Source: a virus (taxonomy: Duplodnaviria > Caudoviricetes). Taken from it: DNA of 64,000 bases. The first letter of the stretch is position 1, and each line of letters opens with the position of its first letter. A program made the position numbers and the translations under genes. Under the pieces are notes generated by a model. The model worked only from the letters and a program-made list of their open reading frames with translations, was not told the origin of the DNA and made no database searches. Below are positions 18,814 to 28,098 of this stretch, in pieces. The DNA is taken from IMG/VR virus record IMGVR_UViG_2706796350_000001, positions 19,325 to 83,324 of that record. One strand, written 5' to 3'.

Positions 18814-21800
18814 TCGCGTAGGTATCGACTTCTCCGCCAACGAGATCGATCCTGCCGCCATCAAGGCAGCGGGAGTCGAAGCCGTCATCAACTACATCTC
18901 GGAAGCGCGCCCGTCTGCTCCGTGGATGAAGGCTGTGAAGCCGATGAAGGCGGAGTACGCAAAGCGACTTCGAGACGCGGGCATTCAGATCGTCTCGAAT
19001 TACCAGTACGGGAAAACCGGGGATGCCACTCCGTCTGACTGGCGTGGTGGATACGAAGCGGGGAAGCGCCACGGTGCAATCGCCCTCTCGAACCACTGGA
19101 AGGCCGGGGGCACTCCGTGGCGTCCCTGCTACGCGCCATGTGACGACAACCCGACGATGGATGAGGTGACGAAGTACGTCCTGCCGTTCATCAAGGGCTG
19201 GGCAGAGGTCTGGGGCAAGGAATACACCGGCATCTACTGCAACGCTCAGACATGGGATTGGCTGAAGTCTCTCGGTGCCCCCGTTACCTGGTTCTGGCAA
19301 CACAACTGGGATGGCAAGGCCGAGCACCCCCACCACCCCGACGCCCACATGCACCAAGTTCGGATCGACAAAGACCGAGTGGGCGGAACCGGCGTCGACT
19401 GGAACATTCTCTTGAAGGCTGACTATGGACAATGGTCGCTTTCCAAGAACCCCAATCCAATCGAGAAGTTCCCGATCGTCGACATGATTAAGACATCGGG
19501 AGTCGGATACAACGCTGGCAACAGTGGCCGTCTTCGCGTTTACCTGCACTCGTCGGAGGGCAAGGATTGGGTGTCGACTGCCCGAGGCACGATGCAGTAT
19601 CAGGCGACCAGTCAGACTGGCTCGTATCACTACCTGATCGACGACAATGAGATCATCCAGACCATCGCGCTGAACAACAGCGCGTGGGCGGTTCTCTCGG
19701 ACAACGACGTGTCGATCAACATCTGCCTCGTCCTGTCGTCCGGCGCAACTGGATACGGCATCACAGCACGCGAGAACCAGCCGAAATCGCGAGCACAGTG
19801 GCTGGAACACGAGAAGATGTTGAAGATGCTCCGGTTCCTGATCGATCACGTGTGTAGGGAAACGGGAATCCCCAAGACTCGTGTTGACATCAAGGGTGTC
19901 GGCCAAAACAAGCGCGGGGTCTCGTCGCACAACAACTACACCTACGGCTCGGTGGTACTGAAGGGGTTCAAGGACGGTACGCATTGGGATATTCCCGATA
20001 CGTTCCCGTACTCGTACGTCCTGGAAGGTTCCGTGGAGCCGACGAAGCCGATCGATCCCAACGCTTGGCCGTTGCCGGTCGGTTACTACTACGGCCCTCT
20101 CGACGGTCCAGAGCAGTCGATCAGCGGCCAGTTCTCGGGCGACCTACCGGAGTGGAAAGACGGTCTCGGTCGCTGGCAGACCAAGGTCGGCATCACCGCC
20201 TCGAAGAAGTGGGACGCGCAGACCGCAGATGCAGTTGCCAAGCTCCAAAAGGCGAAGGGTTGGTTCACTGACTCGAACAAGATGAAGGGCCTGCTCGCCA
20301 AGGGGGAGTGGGATTCCGTCATCACGGGTGGTTGGAAGATCACCGACGCCAAGCCTGAGGCTCCTGATCCGACGAAGCCGTTCGTGCCCACTCCGAAGCC
20401 GACTGGTCGATTCATGCCGCTGGTCGAGGGCACGTACAAGATCGGGTCGGGATATGGCCCGCGAGATGGTGGCTTCCATCGTGGCCTGGACTTCGAGGCC
20501 AAGGACGGGACGCCGTTTTATGCCATGCAGGCCGGAACCGTGCTCTACATCGGCCCCGCAGACGGTTACGGGCAGTGGATCGTGGTCGACTCTGACAACG
20601 CGCAGGGTGCCGGGTGTGTCGAGTACGGGCACATGTGGAACGCGTTTGCCACAGGACTAAAGATTGGGTCTCGTGTCCAGGCAGGGCAGTTGCTGGGATA
20701 CGTCGGTTCCAACGGTGAGTCGACCGGCCCTCACTTGCATGTCGCGGTTCATCCGTACGAGTACAACCCAAAGGTCTACGTCAATCCCGCAGACTGGTTG
20801 AGGAACGCCAAGAAACACGTCGCGCCATCCGGTAGCGACGACAACAAGGAGGTACCCCCTGTGACGAATCCTGAACAGCCAGCATCGGAGCGCGCCGTCA
20901 AGGTGTCCGATCTGACCGGCGATGGACTCTCCGACCGTTTCGGAATGCGAGCAACCGATCTCGGTGCAATGATCGAAGCGCCGAACGGCAAGCTCGTCGC
21001 CGTCTTCGGAGATACCTGGAAGGATCGAGTGGGCGGCATCGATTGGCGCGCACCCGTCATCCTCATCGGCAGCAAGGGCGCGAACGGCGTCATTCAGTGG
21101 GAGCGTGCCGGTGGCAGCGACCCCAACTACGCACGGCAGTTGTGGGCCTACACCCACGACTCTCCGCCGTGGACCAAGGGCGGTATCTCGACCGTTCTCC
21201 CATCCGATCTTTTGCGAATCGGCAACACCCTCTACCTGCACGTGATGGTTAACAAGGGTTTCCCGACTGTCGCGTGGACCGAGATTTGGAAGTCCGAAGA
21301 CAGCGGTATCTCGTGGACCCACCTCGGTGAGAACAGCAAGCTCTCCGGCACAGCAGGCAACGGTCTGTTGCAGTGCCTCTCGTGGGACTACAACGCGGAC
21401 GACGACTATGTGTACGCGGTCTCGACCGGATTCCAGCGTGACAAGGGTATTGTTCTCCGTCGCTTCCGCCCGACGCAGATCAACAACCAGTCTCTCTGGC
21501 AGGTATGGAACTACAACGGCACATGGGGGTGGCGCACTAACGTCAACCCCTCGGTGATCACCCCATCCGGCGAGAAGTGGGGAGAGCTGACTCTTCGCAA
21601 GTTGGCAAACGGTTGGGTTCTCGGCGGACTCTCGATGCACAGCCTCGGGCTGTCCTACCGAGTGCTCTCGTCCCCGACCGCGAATCTGTACACGACACCG
21701 GCAAAGCGACTCATCTGGGGTTGCGAATGGCCGGAAGAGGATCACACGGTCGGCAAGGTCGCGCAGACCTACGGCGGCTACATCGTCCCCGGCTCGAAGT

Positions 21801-22069
21801 TGGGTGTCGATGGCGGCGTCGACATCGTGGTCTCGCAGTGGAACACCACAGTGGGATGGCCCTACAAGGTCATGCAGTTCCGTGGCACCCTCCCCGCCGT
21901 ATGGCCGGACGTGGTTCGCCCCGACGCCTCTGCTGTTCTGGACGCGGCAGACAATCTCACGACGGCGATGGACACCTACAAGGGCGGCGTTGCAGCGACC
22001 GGCCCAGAGGCCCGCCAGATCGCCGTTGTGAACGCAGAACTCGACAAGCTGGAAGGAATCATCCGATGA
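18806..22069 (+). CDS. lysA: Multidomain endolysin: DUF1906 (GH25-like) + amidase_2 + PG-binding + M23 peptidase + DUF4185/GH183 D-arabinanase-like
   Basis: DFSA/QIVSNYQ (DUF1906); LHSSEG...SHNNY (amidase); WPLP.GYYYGP..G (PG-binding); HRGLD...HLH (M23); TDLG....NG.L..VFGDT, YGGYI.P, VSQW (DUF4185). Confidence 0.88.
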   Translation: MADRVGIDFSANEIDPAAIKAAGVEAVINYISEARPSAPWMKAVKPMKAEYAKRLRDAGIQIVSNYQYGKTGDATPSDWRGGYEAGKRHGAIALSNHWKAGGTPWRPCYAPCDDNPTMDEVTKYVLPFIKGWAEVWGKEYTGIYCNAQTWDWLKSLGAPVTWFWQHNWDGKAEHPHHPDAHMHQVRIDKDRVGGTGVDWNILLKADYGQWSLSKNPNPIEKFPIVDMIKTSGVGYNAGNSGRLRVYLHSSEGKDWVSTARGTMQYQATSQTGSYHYLIDDNEIIQTIALNNSAWAVLSDNDVSINICLVLSSGATGYGITARENQPKSRAQWLEHEKMLKMLRFLIDHVCRETGIPKTRVDIKGVGQNKRGVSSHNNYTYGSVVLKGFKDGTHWDIPDTFPYSYVLEGSVEPTKPIDPNAWPLPVGYYYGPLDGPEQSISGQFSGDLPEWKDGLGRWQTKVGITASKKWDAQTADAVAKLQKAKGWFTDSNKMKGLLAKGEWDSVITGGWKITDAKPEAPDPTKPFVPTPKPTGRFMPLVEGTYKIGSGYGPRDGGFHRGLDFEAKDGTPFYAMQAGTVLYIGPADGYGQWIVVDSDNAQGAGCVEYGHMWNAFATGLKIGSRVQAGQLLGYVGSNGESTGPHLHVAVHPYEYNPKVYVNPADWLRNAKKHVAPSGSDDNKEVPPVTNPEQPASERAVKVSDLTGDGLSDRFGMRATDLGAMIEAPNGKLVAVFGDTWKDRVGGIDWRAPVILIGSKGANGVIQWERAGGSDPNYARQLWAYTHDSPPWTKGGISTVLPSDLLRIGNTLYLHVMVNKGFPTVAWTEIWKSEDSGISWTHLGENSKLSGTAGNGLLQCLSWDYNADDDYVYAVSTGFQRDKGIVLRRFRPTQINNQSLWQVWNYNGTWGWRTNVNPSVITPSGEKWGELTLRKLANGWVLGGLSMHSLGLSYRVLSSPTANLYTTPAKRLIWGCEWPEEDHTVGKVAQTYGGYIVPGSKLGVDGGVDIVVSQWNTTVGWPYKVMQFRGTLPAVWPDVVRPDASAVLDAADNLTTAMDTYKGGVAATGPEARQIAVVNAELDKLEGIIR
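20846..20863 (+). promoter_or_regulatory. Internal in-frame translation start within lysin (SD AAGGAGGT + GTG)
   Basis: AAGGAGGT 20846-20853, 7-nt spacer, in-frame GTG 20861 in the linker between M23 and DUF4185. Confidence 0.65.
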
Positions 22070-22575
22070 CCGAAAACAACGCTTACAACGGCACACAGCT
22101 GCCCGAGACATTCAAGGGATATGTGCCGCCGGTTCCCGGTGTCACTCCCGGTCCCGCTGACATTCAGAACGCACTCGCAGGGTGGGCGCAGCGGGAGTTG
22201 GCTAAGCAGTCCTGGTACCGGAAGTCGGCAAACACTGTCAACGCAGCAATCGGAGGTCTCACTACTCTTGCCGCGTCGATGGCGACCTTCTATGTGACTC
22301 AGGGAACCGAAGTCCCTCAGTGGCTCACCATCGTCATCGCGGTGGTCGGCTTCGTGGGAACCATCATCGGAGTCAAGAACACCAAGAACGGTTTCACGTA
22401 CCAGGGAGCGGCACAGGTCCAGCAGGCCATTCTCGACCCCGCCGTCCTCGGAACCGTTCAGCGTGTTCTGGCTTCCGAGCCGTTCCCCGAGCATGTTGCG
22501 GAACCGGCGATCGACAAGGCGGCAGAGGCATCGCGCATGTGGATCGAGAACACTGCAAATGGATCGCGGCCATGA
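22066..22575 (+). CDS. Holin-like membrane protein (2 TM)
   Basis: ATGA overlap with lysin; WYRKSANTV..AIGG followed by two hydrophobic helices. Confidence 0.7.
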   Translation: MTENNAYNGTQLPETFKGYVPPVPGVTPGPADIQNALAGWAQRELAKQSWYRKSANTVNAAIGGLTTLAASMATFYVTQGTEVPQWLTIVIAVVGFVGTIIGVKNTKNGFTYQGAAQVQQAILDPAVLGTVQRVLASEPFPEHVAEPAIDKAAEASRMWIENTANGSRP

Positions 22576-22883
22576 GCACTGAAGAGATCGCACGGGTTGT
22601 CGCCGCAGCCCTGAACGAGTTCGACGGTTCGCCAGATTGGGAATCGTTGGATGAGCGTTCTCAGCAAATCATCATGCACGGCGTCCGCGTCATCCAAGAG
22701 GGCAATGATGAATCGGAACTGTATCGGCAGACAGCCGCCGCCGAGATTGGTGATGCATCGATCGACACCAGTCGGGAGTGGGCGAAGTTGGCACCACTTG
22801 ATCGCCGTCGTTGGTTTCTGTTCGCCGCTGTGGTGCGCTCACTCAGCACAGAACAGGAGCTATTCGATGTCGAGCCGCGATAA
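22572..22883 (+). CDS. Hypothetical protein in lysis cassette
   Basis: ATGA coupling to holin; 103 aa. Confidence 0.6.
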   Translation: MSTEEIARVVAAALNEFDGSPDWESLDERSQQIIMHGVRVIQEGNDESELYRQTAAAEIGDASIDTSREWAKLAPLDRRRWFLFAAVVRSLSTEQELFDVEPR

Positions 22884-23394
22884 CGACGACCAGGCAACGG
22901 GAGAGGAAAGCGTGCCATACATGGCAGGTCGCAAACGTGATCGAATCCGGCATCTAATGTCGGTGACGCTCGGTGCACTTTTCCTGATTCTGGGAACTGC
23001 CTATCTCAATCCTGATCAGTTGGTCCGCAATCCCAACCCAGGAAAGAGATCGGCTCAGAACAGCGTCGTCATCTACATAGAGAACCTGACAGCCGTCCCT
23101 GTTTGGGGAGTCGCGTTCTTCGCTACAGGAGTGCTTCTGCTTTTGGCAGTTGCGCATTGGCGGAGGTACCTGCCGTCAGCACATCTTGTCGGTGGCTGTG
23201 TGATGGTTGGCTACTCTGTAGCGTCCTATACAACCGCGATCATCAATGAGGGGACGTACATCGTCTCTGCGACCCTTGCCGCCAGCATCGCGTTGCTCAA
23301 CCTTCTAATGATGCTGTCGTACACATCTCCACAGACAGAATCGAAGGGGGTCAACCAGAACACTGAGTCGCAGCACGATGAGGAGATCGAGTAA
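22867..23394 (+). CDS. 4-TM membrane protein (lysis-cassette accessory)
   Basis: Four hydrophobic segments; start reassigned to ATG 22867 (SD AGGAG). Confidence 0.7.
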   Translation: MSSRDNDDQATGEESVPYMAGRKRDRIRHLMSVTLGALFLILGTAYLNPDQLVRNPNPGKRSAQNSVVIYIENLTAVPVWGVAFFATGVLLLLAVAHWRRYLPSAHLVGGCVMVGYSVASYTTAIINEGTYIVSATLAASIALLNLLMMLSYTSPQTESKGVNQNTESQHDEEIE

Positions 23395-23778
23395 ATGAAT
23401 GAACTTATTGCATCTATCTTCTCAGGACTCAGTGTTCTGATCACCGCCATTGGTGGTGTTGTAGTTCTCCGACGCCGGAAAGTGGAAGAGGACGAGCGGC
23501 AAGACAATATGGAGCTTCGGTATCTCCGTCGTGACAATGCCGCGCTGAAGCAATACAACCTCTCGGCCACCATGCACATGTATCGGTTGGAGCTTCGACT
23601 CGCACGGTTGGGTGAAGAACCACCAGCCAGGCCATCGGAGCTTGCGGAAGACCCCGATCTTCCCGACCGTCCTGTTCGCCACACTTTCGAGTTGGGCGAA
23701 GGGTTCGGACCGATCCCACCTTCAGGCTCTTCAGGAAGGATCACTGTCGAGGGGTCAGTGGTCGATTCAGACGAGTAG
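23395..23778 (+). CDS. N-terminal TM + coiled-coil membrane protein (lysis-cassette accessory)
   Basis: ELIASIFSGLSVLITAIGGVVVL-RRRK signal-anchor followed by a heptad region. Confidence 0.7.
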   Translation: MNELIASIFSGLSVLITAIGGVVVLRRRKVEEDERQDNMELRYLRRDNAALKQYNLSATMHMYRLELRLARLGEEPPARPSELAEDPDLPDRPVRHTFELGEGFGPIPPSGSSGRITVEGSVVDSDE

Positions 23779-23786
23779 GAGAATGC

Positions 23787-23843
23787 GAAACGCCCCGCCG
23801 TTCTCACCGGGACAAGGTGACTCAGGAACAGGCGGGGCGTTTC
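23787..23843. terminator. Bidirectional terminator-like hairpin between convergent operons
   Basis: Perfect 13-bp inverted repeat GAAACGCCCCGCC / GGCGGGGCGTTTC with additional inner pairing. Confidence 0.8.
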
Positions 23844-23890
23844 TTCCAATGCACGTGTTATGGGCGCGACTCCAACACACGCTGTAGATA

Positions 23891-24346
23891 CTACACAGAC
23901 CTTTCCAGGTATTCAATCGCTCTCTGCATACGTTTCGGGTCGTCGGCAAAGAACCCCAGCCCTCGGTTGCAACTGATGCACAGTAGACCTCGAACCTTCC
24001 CTGTCTCGTGGCAGTGGTCCACGCACAAGGTGTACGGCATTTTTCGACGGCAGATAGCGCATCGACCACGCTGCCTCTTCAGGCGCTGACTGAACCAAGT
24101 TACCGTGACGCCGTATCTGCTCAGGCGGTCTTTACGCAGGTCTAGCGCAGTTCTGACGCGTTTAGTGTGCGCCTTTCTAGCATGCGCTTTACGCAACTCA
24201 CGGTGCTCTTCGTTGTCGGCGTATCGCTTGCGCGCTTTACTGTTGTAGCAAGCACGACAACTCGGCAGGTGGCCGCTCTTGTACCTGTCGCTAGGTGGAA
24301 ACTCTTCGGCACCTTTGCTTGCGTTGCAAGTCTTACAGGTGTTCAT
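23891..24346 (-). CDS. Recombination endonuclease VII
   Basis: CAIC.....LCVDHCHETGKVRGLLC.SCN.GLG.F.DD....RAIEYL; N-terminal CxxC...CxxC. Confidence 0.92.
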   Translation of the reverse strand: MNTCKTCNASKGAEEFPPSDRYKSGHLPSCRACYNSKARKRYADNEEHRELRKAHARKAHTKRVRTALDLRKDRLSRYGVTVTWFSQRLKRQRGRCAICRRKMPYTLCVDHCHETGKVRGLLCISCNRGLGFFADDPKRMQRAIEYLERSV

Positions 24347-25290
24347 CGGATTACCTTAGCCTCCGCCAACATCTTTTGAATGGTCGACTGGCTCAGATCG
24401 TTCGCGTCTTTCGCTTTACGCGGCGCGGTAGTCCAATCCACCGTCGATACCTCGAACCATCGCCGCAGGTCTGTACTGCGTTTGCGAATCCACTTGCCAG
24501 TGTTCTCGTCACGTTTCCAGCCAAGGCAGCGTTGCGAAACCTCTTGCCCCGCTCGATCGTTGTCGAAGAACATCGTGATCTTGCGAACTCCCAACATGCG
24601 AAGTTGCTTGATCTGATCGGACGACACCGAACTCCCGTAGATCGCCATCGCCGGGACGCCGGACTGCCACACCGTCATGGCATCGATAGCACCCTCTGTA
24701 AGGGCCACAGACGGCACGTCGGGCATATCTGCGACCAACCAGCTACCGAACAGATGCTCGCGCTTGTGGAAGCCTTTGGGGTACCGGTAGCGGTTCCTCA
24801 TGTCAGGGTCCAGGTAACGGCGACACAGACCGATCAACTCACCGTTCATGTCGCGGATGGGAATAGTCATCGCATCTCGGATCACGTCGTACCCAAGATC
24901 AAACTTGTCGACGGTCGCTTGCTCGAATCCCCGATCGGACCAGTGCCGGGACGGCAACGAGAACTGAGCGAGCTGATCTTCGCTCATACGCGTTTCGGAA
25001 CATACAGGACGCTCTAGGTCACCAATCGCCCGGTAGAGGACATCGAGTCCGACACCCATTGATCGATAACTGACTCCAAAGCGAGACTCAAGCCCCCGTA
25101 TCGAGCCGGACGCTCCGCAACTGAAACAGACGTAGAGTCCTTTGTCGAGGTTGAACTGGAAGCTGGGGGAGTGGTCTTCGTGGAACGGGCAAAGCGCCAG
25201 GGCCTCCGAACCAGTGATCGTGTGGACATTCAAATACCTCTCTGCGAAGTTGCCGTACTTGTGTTGACTGAGATTCATCGCCGTAGTCAC
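24343..25290 (-). CDS. dnaG: DNA primase (CHC2 Zn finger + TOPRIM)
   Basis: LCPFHEDHSPS...CFSCG; TEGAIDAM; FFDNDRAG. Confidence 0.93.
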   Translation of the reverse strand: MTTAMNLSQHKYGNFAERYLNVHTITGSEALALCPFHEDHSPSFQFNLDKGLYVCFSCGASGSIRGLESRFGVSYRSMGVGLDVLYRAIGDLERPVCSETRMSEDQLAQFSLPSRHWSDRGFEQATVDKFDLGYDVIRDAMTIPIRDMNGELIGLCRRYLDPDMRNRYRYPKGFHKREHLFGSWLVADMPDVPSVALTEGAIDAMTVWQSGVPAMAIYGSSVSSDQIKQLRMLGVRKITMFFDNDRAGQEVSQRCLGWKRDENTGKWIRKRSTDLRRWFEVSTVDWTTAPRKAKDANDLSQSTIQKMLAEAKVIR

Positions 25291-26705
25291 TTGATCCGCC
25301 TACGCAACTTGCGACCCGACGCACCGGCCAAAGTCTCTTGCTGTGTGGATTTGATCTTGCTCGTGGAAACCGGCTCACTGCGCTTGCGTGCCTTCGGTCC
25401 CTTGCCCATCTCTTCCATCAGTTTGTCGCGACGGTCGGCATCCTGATCCATGATGTCCTCGGCGCGGTTCTTGCTGACTTCTTCGATGAGTCCGTTGTCC
25501 AGGTCCACGTGCATGTACCAGCAGTAACCCGAGCGACCGTGGCGGTACTTTGCCATCTTTGCCATCGTGACACGATCACTCCGCTTCTTCAGCGTGATCA
25601 CGGCGTCGGCGTCCTGCCCGATAGCGTCAGCCTGTGCGATGGTCTCAGCGCCAGGCGGTTCCTTCGACGGCTCCGAACCACTGCGGTTCAACTGTGCTGC
25701 GGCGACCATGCCAACGCCGTATTGTCCGGCGAGTTGCTTCAGGTCTTTACTGAAATGCCCGATGTCCTGCCACCCTCCGTCACCTCTGGTCTTTGCCAAG
25801 GTGAGGTAATCGAGGTAGTAGACATCGGGCTTGTTGCGTTCCAGATGTGCGGCGATCTCCATCGCGCCGATATTGCGTGTGTCTGTGACGGTGATCGAGC
25901 CTTTGATCTGGTTCGGAAGGTCTTCGAGGAAACGTCGGTAGCTCTTCAGGTCGTATCCCTTGCCCTGAGACAGTTGGACTGACTGGAAGACTGCACGACC
26001 ATAAGACGACGAAAGCAGGTTGTGAAGCCTCATCGTCACTTCGGTCTTGGACATCTCCAAAGCGGCGAAGTGCGCCTTGTAACCTCCGGTGATCGCACCG
26101 CATGCCATCGCGGCCAGCATCCACGACTTGCCTTCACCGAGGCGTGCACCCACGACCCAAAGCTGACCGGGGCCGACACCGCCCGTGAACTCGTCCAGGG
26201 TGCTCATACCGGTGGGAACACCAGACTGCCCAAACTGCTCTGCCCGTAGCTTGCGGGCTTTCACCTCGTTGTAGGTGGACTTCCAGTCGGCCAGCACGTC
26301 GACTTCATCGCTACCGCCCATGTCCCCGGCGATCTTCACGATGCCAGACTGCGCTAGCTCACAAGCCTCCTGAACCTTGCCCTGCGAAAGCAGGTCGGCT
26401 TGGTCACGAAGGTGCTCAGTCAGGCGTGCACGTGTGTGCTCGATCTTGACCTCGGATACGAAGTGCTTGATGTCGTCCACATCTCGAATGCGGAACTTAG
26501 GAAACGCTCGGGTGAATGCGAGCTTCGATGGTGCCTTGCGGTACTTGCTAAAGAACCGGGCGATCCATTCCCACTCGTCGTTGTGAACATGAAACATGTC
26601 CTCGACTGCGCCCTCGGCGAGAGCGGTCTTGACATCCTGTGTCTTGATGACGCTGCTGATAAGCAGAGCCTCTGGCGAAACTGCCATAAGGTTTTGTCCC
26701 TTCAA
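25287..26705 (-). CDS. dnaB: DnaB-like replicative helicase
   Basis: TG...LDEFTGG..PGQLWVVGARLGEGKS, ALEMS, LDYL, AQLNR, QDAD, KYRHG; probable start MAVSP near 26687. Confidence 0.93.
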   Translation of the reverse strand: MKGQNLMAVSPEALLISSVIKTQDVKTALAEGAVEDMFHVHNDEWEWIARFFSKYRKAPSKLAFTRAFPKFRIRDVDDIKHFVSEVKIEHTRARLTEHLRDQADLLSQGKVQEACELAQSGIVKIAGDMGGSDEVDVLADWKSTYNEVKARKLRAEQFGQSGVPTGMSTLDEFTGGVGPGQLWVVGARLGEGKSWMLAAMACGAITGGYKAHFAALEMSKTEVTMRLHNLLSSSYGRAVFQSVQLSQGKGYDLKSYRRFLEDLPNQIKGSITVTDTRNIGAMEIAAHLERNKPDVYYLDYLTLAKTRGDGGWQDIGHFSKDLKQLAGQYGVGMVAAAQLNRSGSEPSKEPPGAETIAQADAIGQDADAVITLKKRSDRVTMAKMAKYRHGRSGYCWYMHVDLDNGLIEEVSKNRAEDIMDQDADRRDKLMEEMGKGPKARKRSEPVSTSKIKSTQQETLAGASGRKLRRRIK

Positions 26706-26918
26706 TGTGTGTTACGTCGCGCAACGTTGTACGTGCATTGATTCTCGTTATTCAATTTTGGAAACCGGGCGGACGCCAGTTACTCAGGTAGACCTGGGCG
26801 ACAGGTTCCAAGGGCAGAGTCTTGGCTTATGCCTTCGCACCGGTACCCGCCCGGTAACGAACAACAATACACCCGCACGATATGCCGCCTGTATGCCCTT
26901 GTAAGCGCCGGTAACCGT

Positions 26919-27107
26919 TCATCCCGGTACTTGTTCCCCCGTGCCGTATTCGTCCTTCAGAACCAACATCCCAGCCGATGCGAGAGCGGCTGCTAGTCGG
27001 AACACTGCACCGGCAGTGAGCTTCTGCGGTGGCACGTTCACGAACACGACGCCCTCACGGATTGAGATTTCACCGATGAACTCAGAACCAGGTTCAGTAG
27101 GTTGCAT
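26919..27107 (-). CDS. Small hypothetical protein
   Basis: 62 aa with SD AGGAGA 5 nt upstream. Confidence 0.6.
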   Translation of the reverse strand: MQPTEPGSEFIGEISIREGVVFVNVPPQKLTAGAVFRLAAALASAGMLVLKDEYGTGEQVPG

Positions 27108-27186
27108 AATTGTCTCCTGATACAGAACACCGGCCCCGCCGTTATCAGCAGAGCCGGTGTTTGTGAAGCCGGTAAACCGGAGTCAT

Positions 27187-27654
27187 TCACTTCTTCTTGC
27201 GACCGCGAGTCTTCTTCTCGACCTTCACGAGCTGCCACGAAGCCTGAACCTCGTACTCACCCGTTGCCAGCATGCGGGAAAGAATCGACGAGACCATCGA
27301 AGGCGTGTACTTGTCCTTGCCGGTACGAGTGGTCAGCCCGTTGACCTTCTTGATTTCCTTCTCGGCCAGTGCGTTGATTTCCGCACGGTCCGAAGCGCCG
27401 GTCACGAGGGTGGTGGCGATGATGGCCGAATCGGTGCCGACCTGGAAGCCCTCATCGGTGTACTCGATGGGATGCGGTTCGTAGGTCTGAGCCGTCTTCT
27501 TGGCGGCGGGCTTCCGAGTGGTCGCCTTGGTGGTCGTGGCCTTCTTGTTGGCCGGTGCTCGCTTTGCCGGGGTGGCCTTCCGAGCAGTGGTGGTCTTCTT
27601 GGTGGCAGGAGCCGAACGCTTACGGGGTGTCGGCTTCTTCTTCGCTGCGGCCAT
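27187..27654 (-). CDS. Histone-H1-like Lys/Ala-rich tail fused to a small helical DNA-binding-like domain
   Basis: N-terminal ~55 aa of KKPTPRK/PAKR/PAAKK repeats; basic C-terminus. Confidence 0.75.
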   Translation of the reverse strand: MAAAKKKPTPRKRSAPATKKTTTARKATPAKRAPANKKATTTKATTRKPAAKKTAQTYEPHPIEYTDEGFQVGTDSAIIATTLVTGASDRAEINALAEKEIKKVNGLTTRTGKDKYTPSMVSSILSRMLATGEYEVQASWQLVKVEKKTRGRKKK

Positions 27655-27723
27655 GTTGTCCTCACTAGGTTTGGTGGGTTAGCAGTTCCTCGGTGTTGAC
27701 GAACTGATGAACTAACGACACAG

Positions 27724-27753
27724 ACACTACACCTAAGTTGTCCACAGTGGCAA
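27724..27753 (-). promoter_or_regulatory. Leftward SigA-type promoter candidate
   Basis: Minus strand TTGCCA-N18-TAGTGT upstream of the histone-like gene. Confidence 0.45.
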
Positions 27754-27779
27754 ACATGCAGCTAGAACCGATATTGCAA

Positions 27780-28060
27780 ACTTACTCAACCAAGTTTTAA
27801 ACCTGCATGGACTCTCTACTTATATATCTATCTTTATCTCTATAGGGGGTAAGTACTTTATTAACTTACTCGATCTATGTAAGTACTTCTGTAATTACTC
27901 ATCTACCAAAACTATAACTTATAGAACTAACGTATCTGGACTCTAAACCAGCCCTATGCAAGTCTAAACCAGTACTTTTAGGGTTGTAGCAAAGTGCTTG
28001 CAATTGCAAATAAGCCTTTGACCAGGGGTTTTAGTAACTTCAGGATCACATATAAGGGAA
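27780..28060. other. AT-rich putative replication origin / control region
   Basis: About 32% GC at 27841-27900; GTAAGTACTT x2, TCTAAACCAG x2, palindromes CTATAACTTATAG and TTGCAATTGCAA; lies at the strand switch next to dnaB/dnaG. Confidence 0.55.
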
Positions 28061-28063
28061 CAG

Positions 28064-28092
28064 TTGACATCACTATCCACATAGGGCATAAT
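28064..28092 (+). promoter_or_regulatory. Strong SigA-type promoter
   Basis: TTGACA (28064-28069) - 17 nt - CATAAT (28087-28092). Confidence 0.85.
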
Positions 28093-28098
28093 AGATCA

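Noticed and set aside
26757-26922. Small minus-strand ORF between the 62-aa gene and dnaB
   Set aside because: Only a 31-codon ORF without typical codon bias; more likely a leader or regulatory gap
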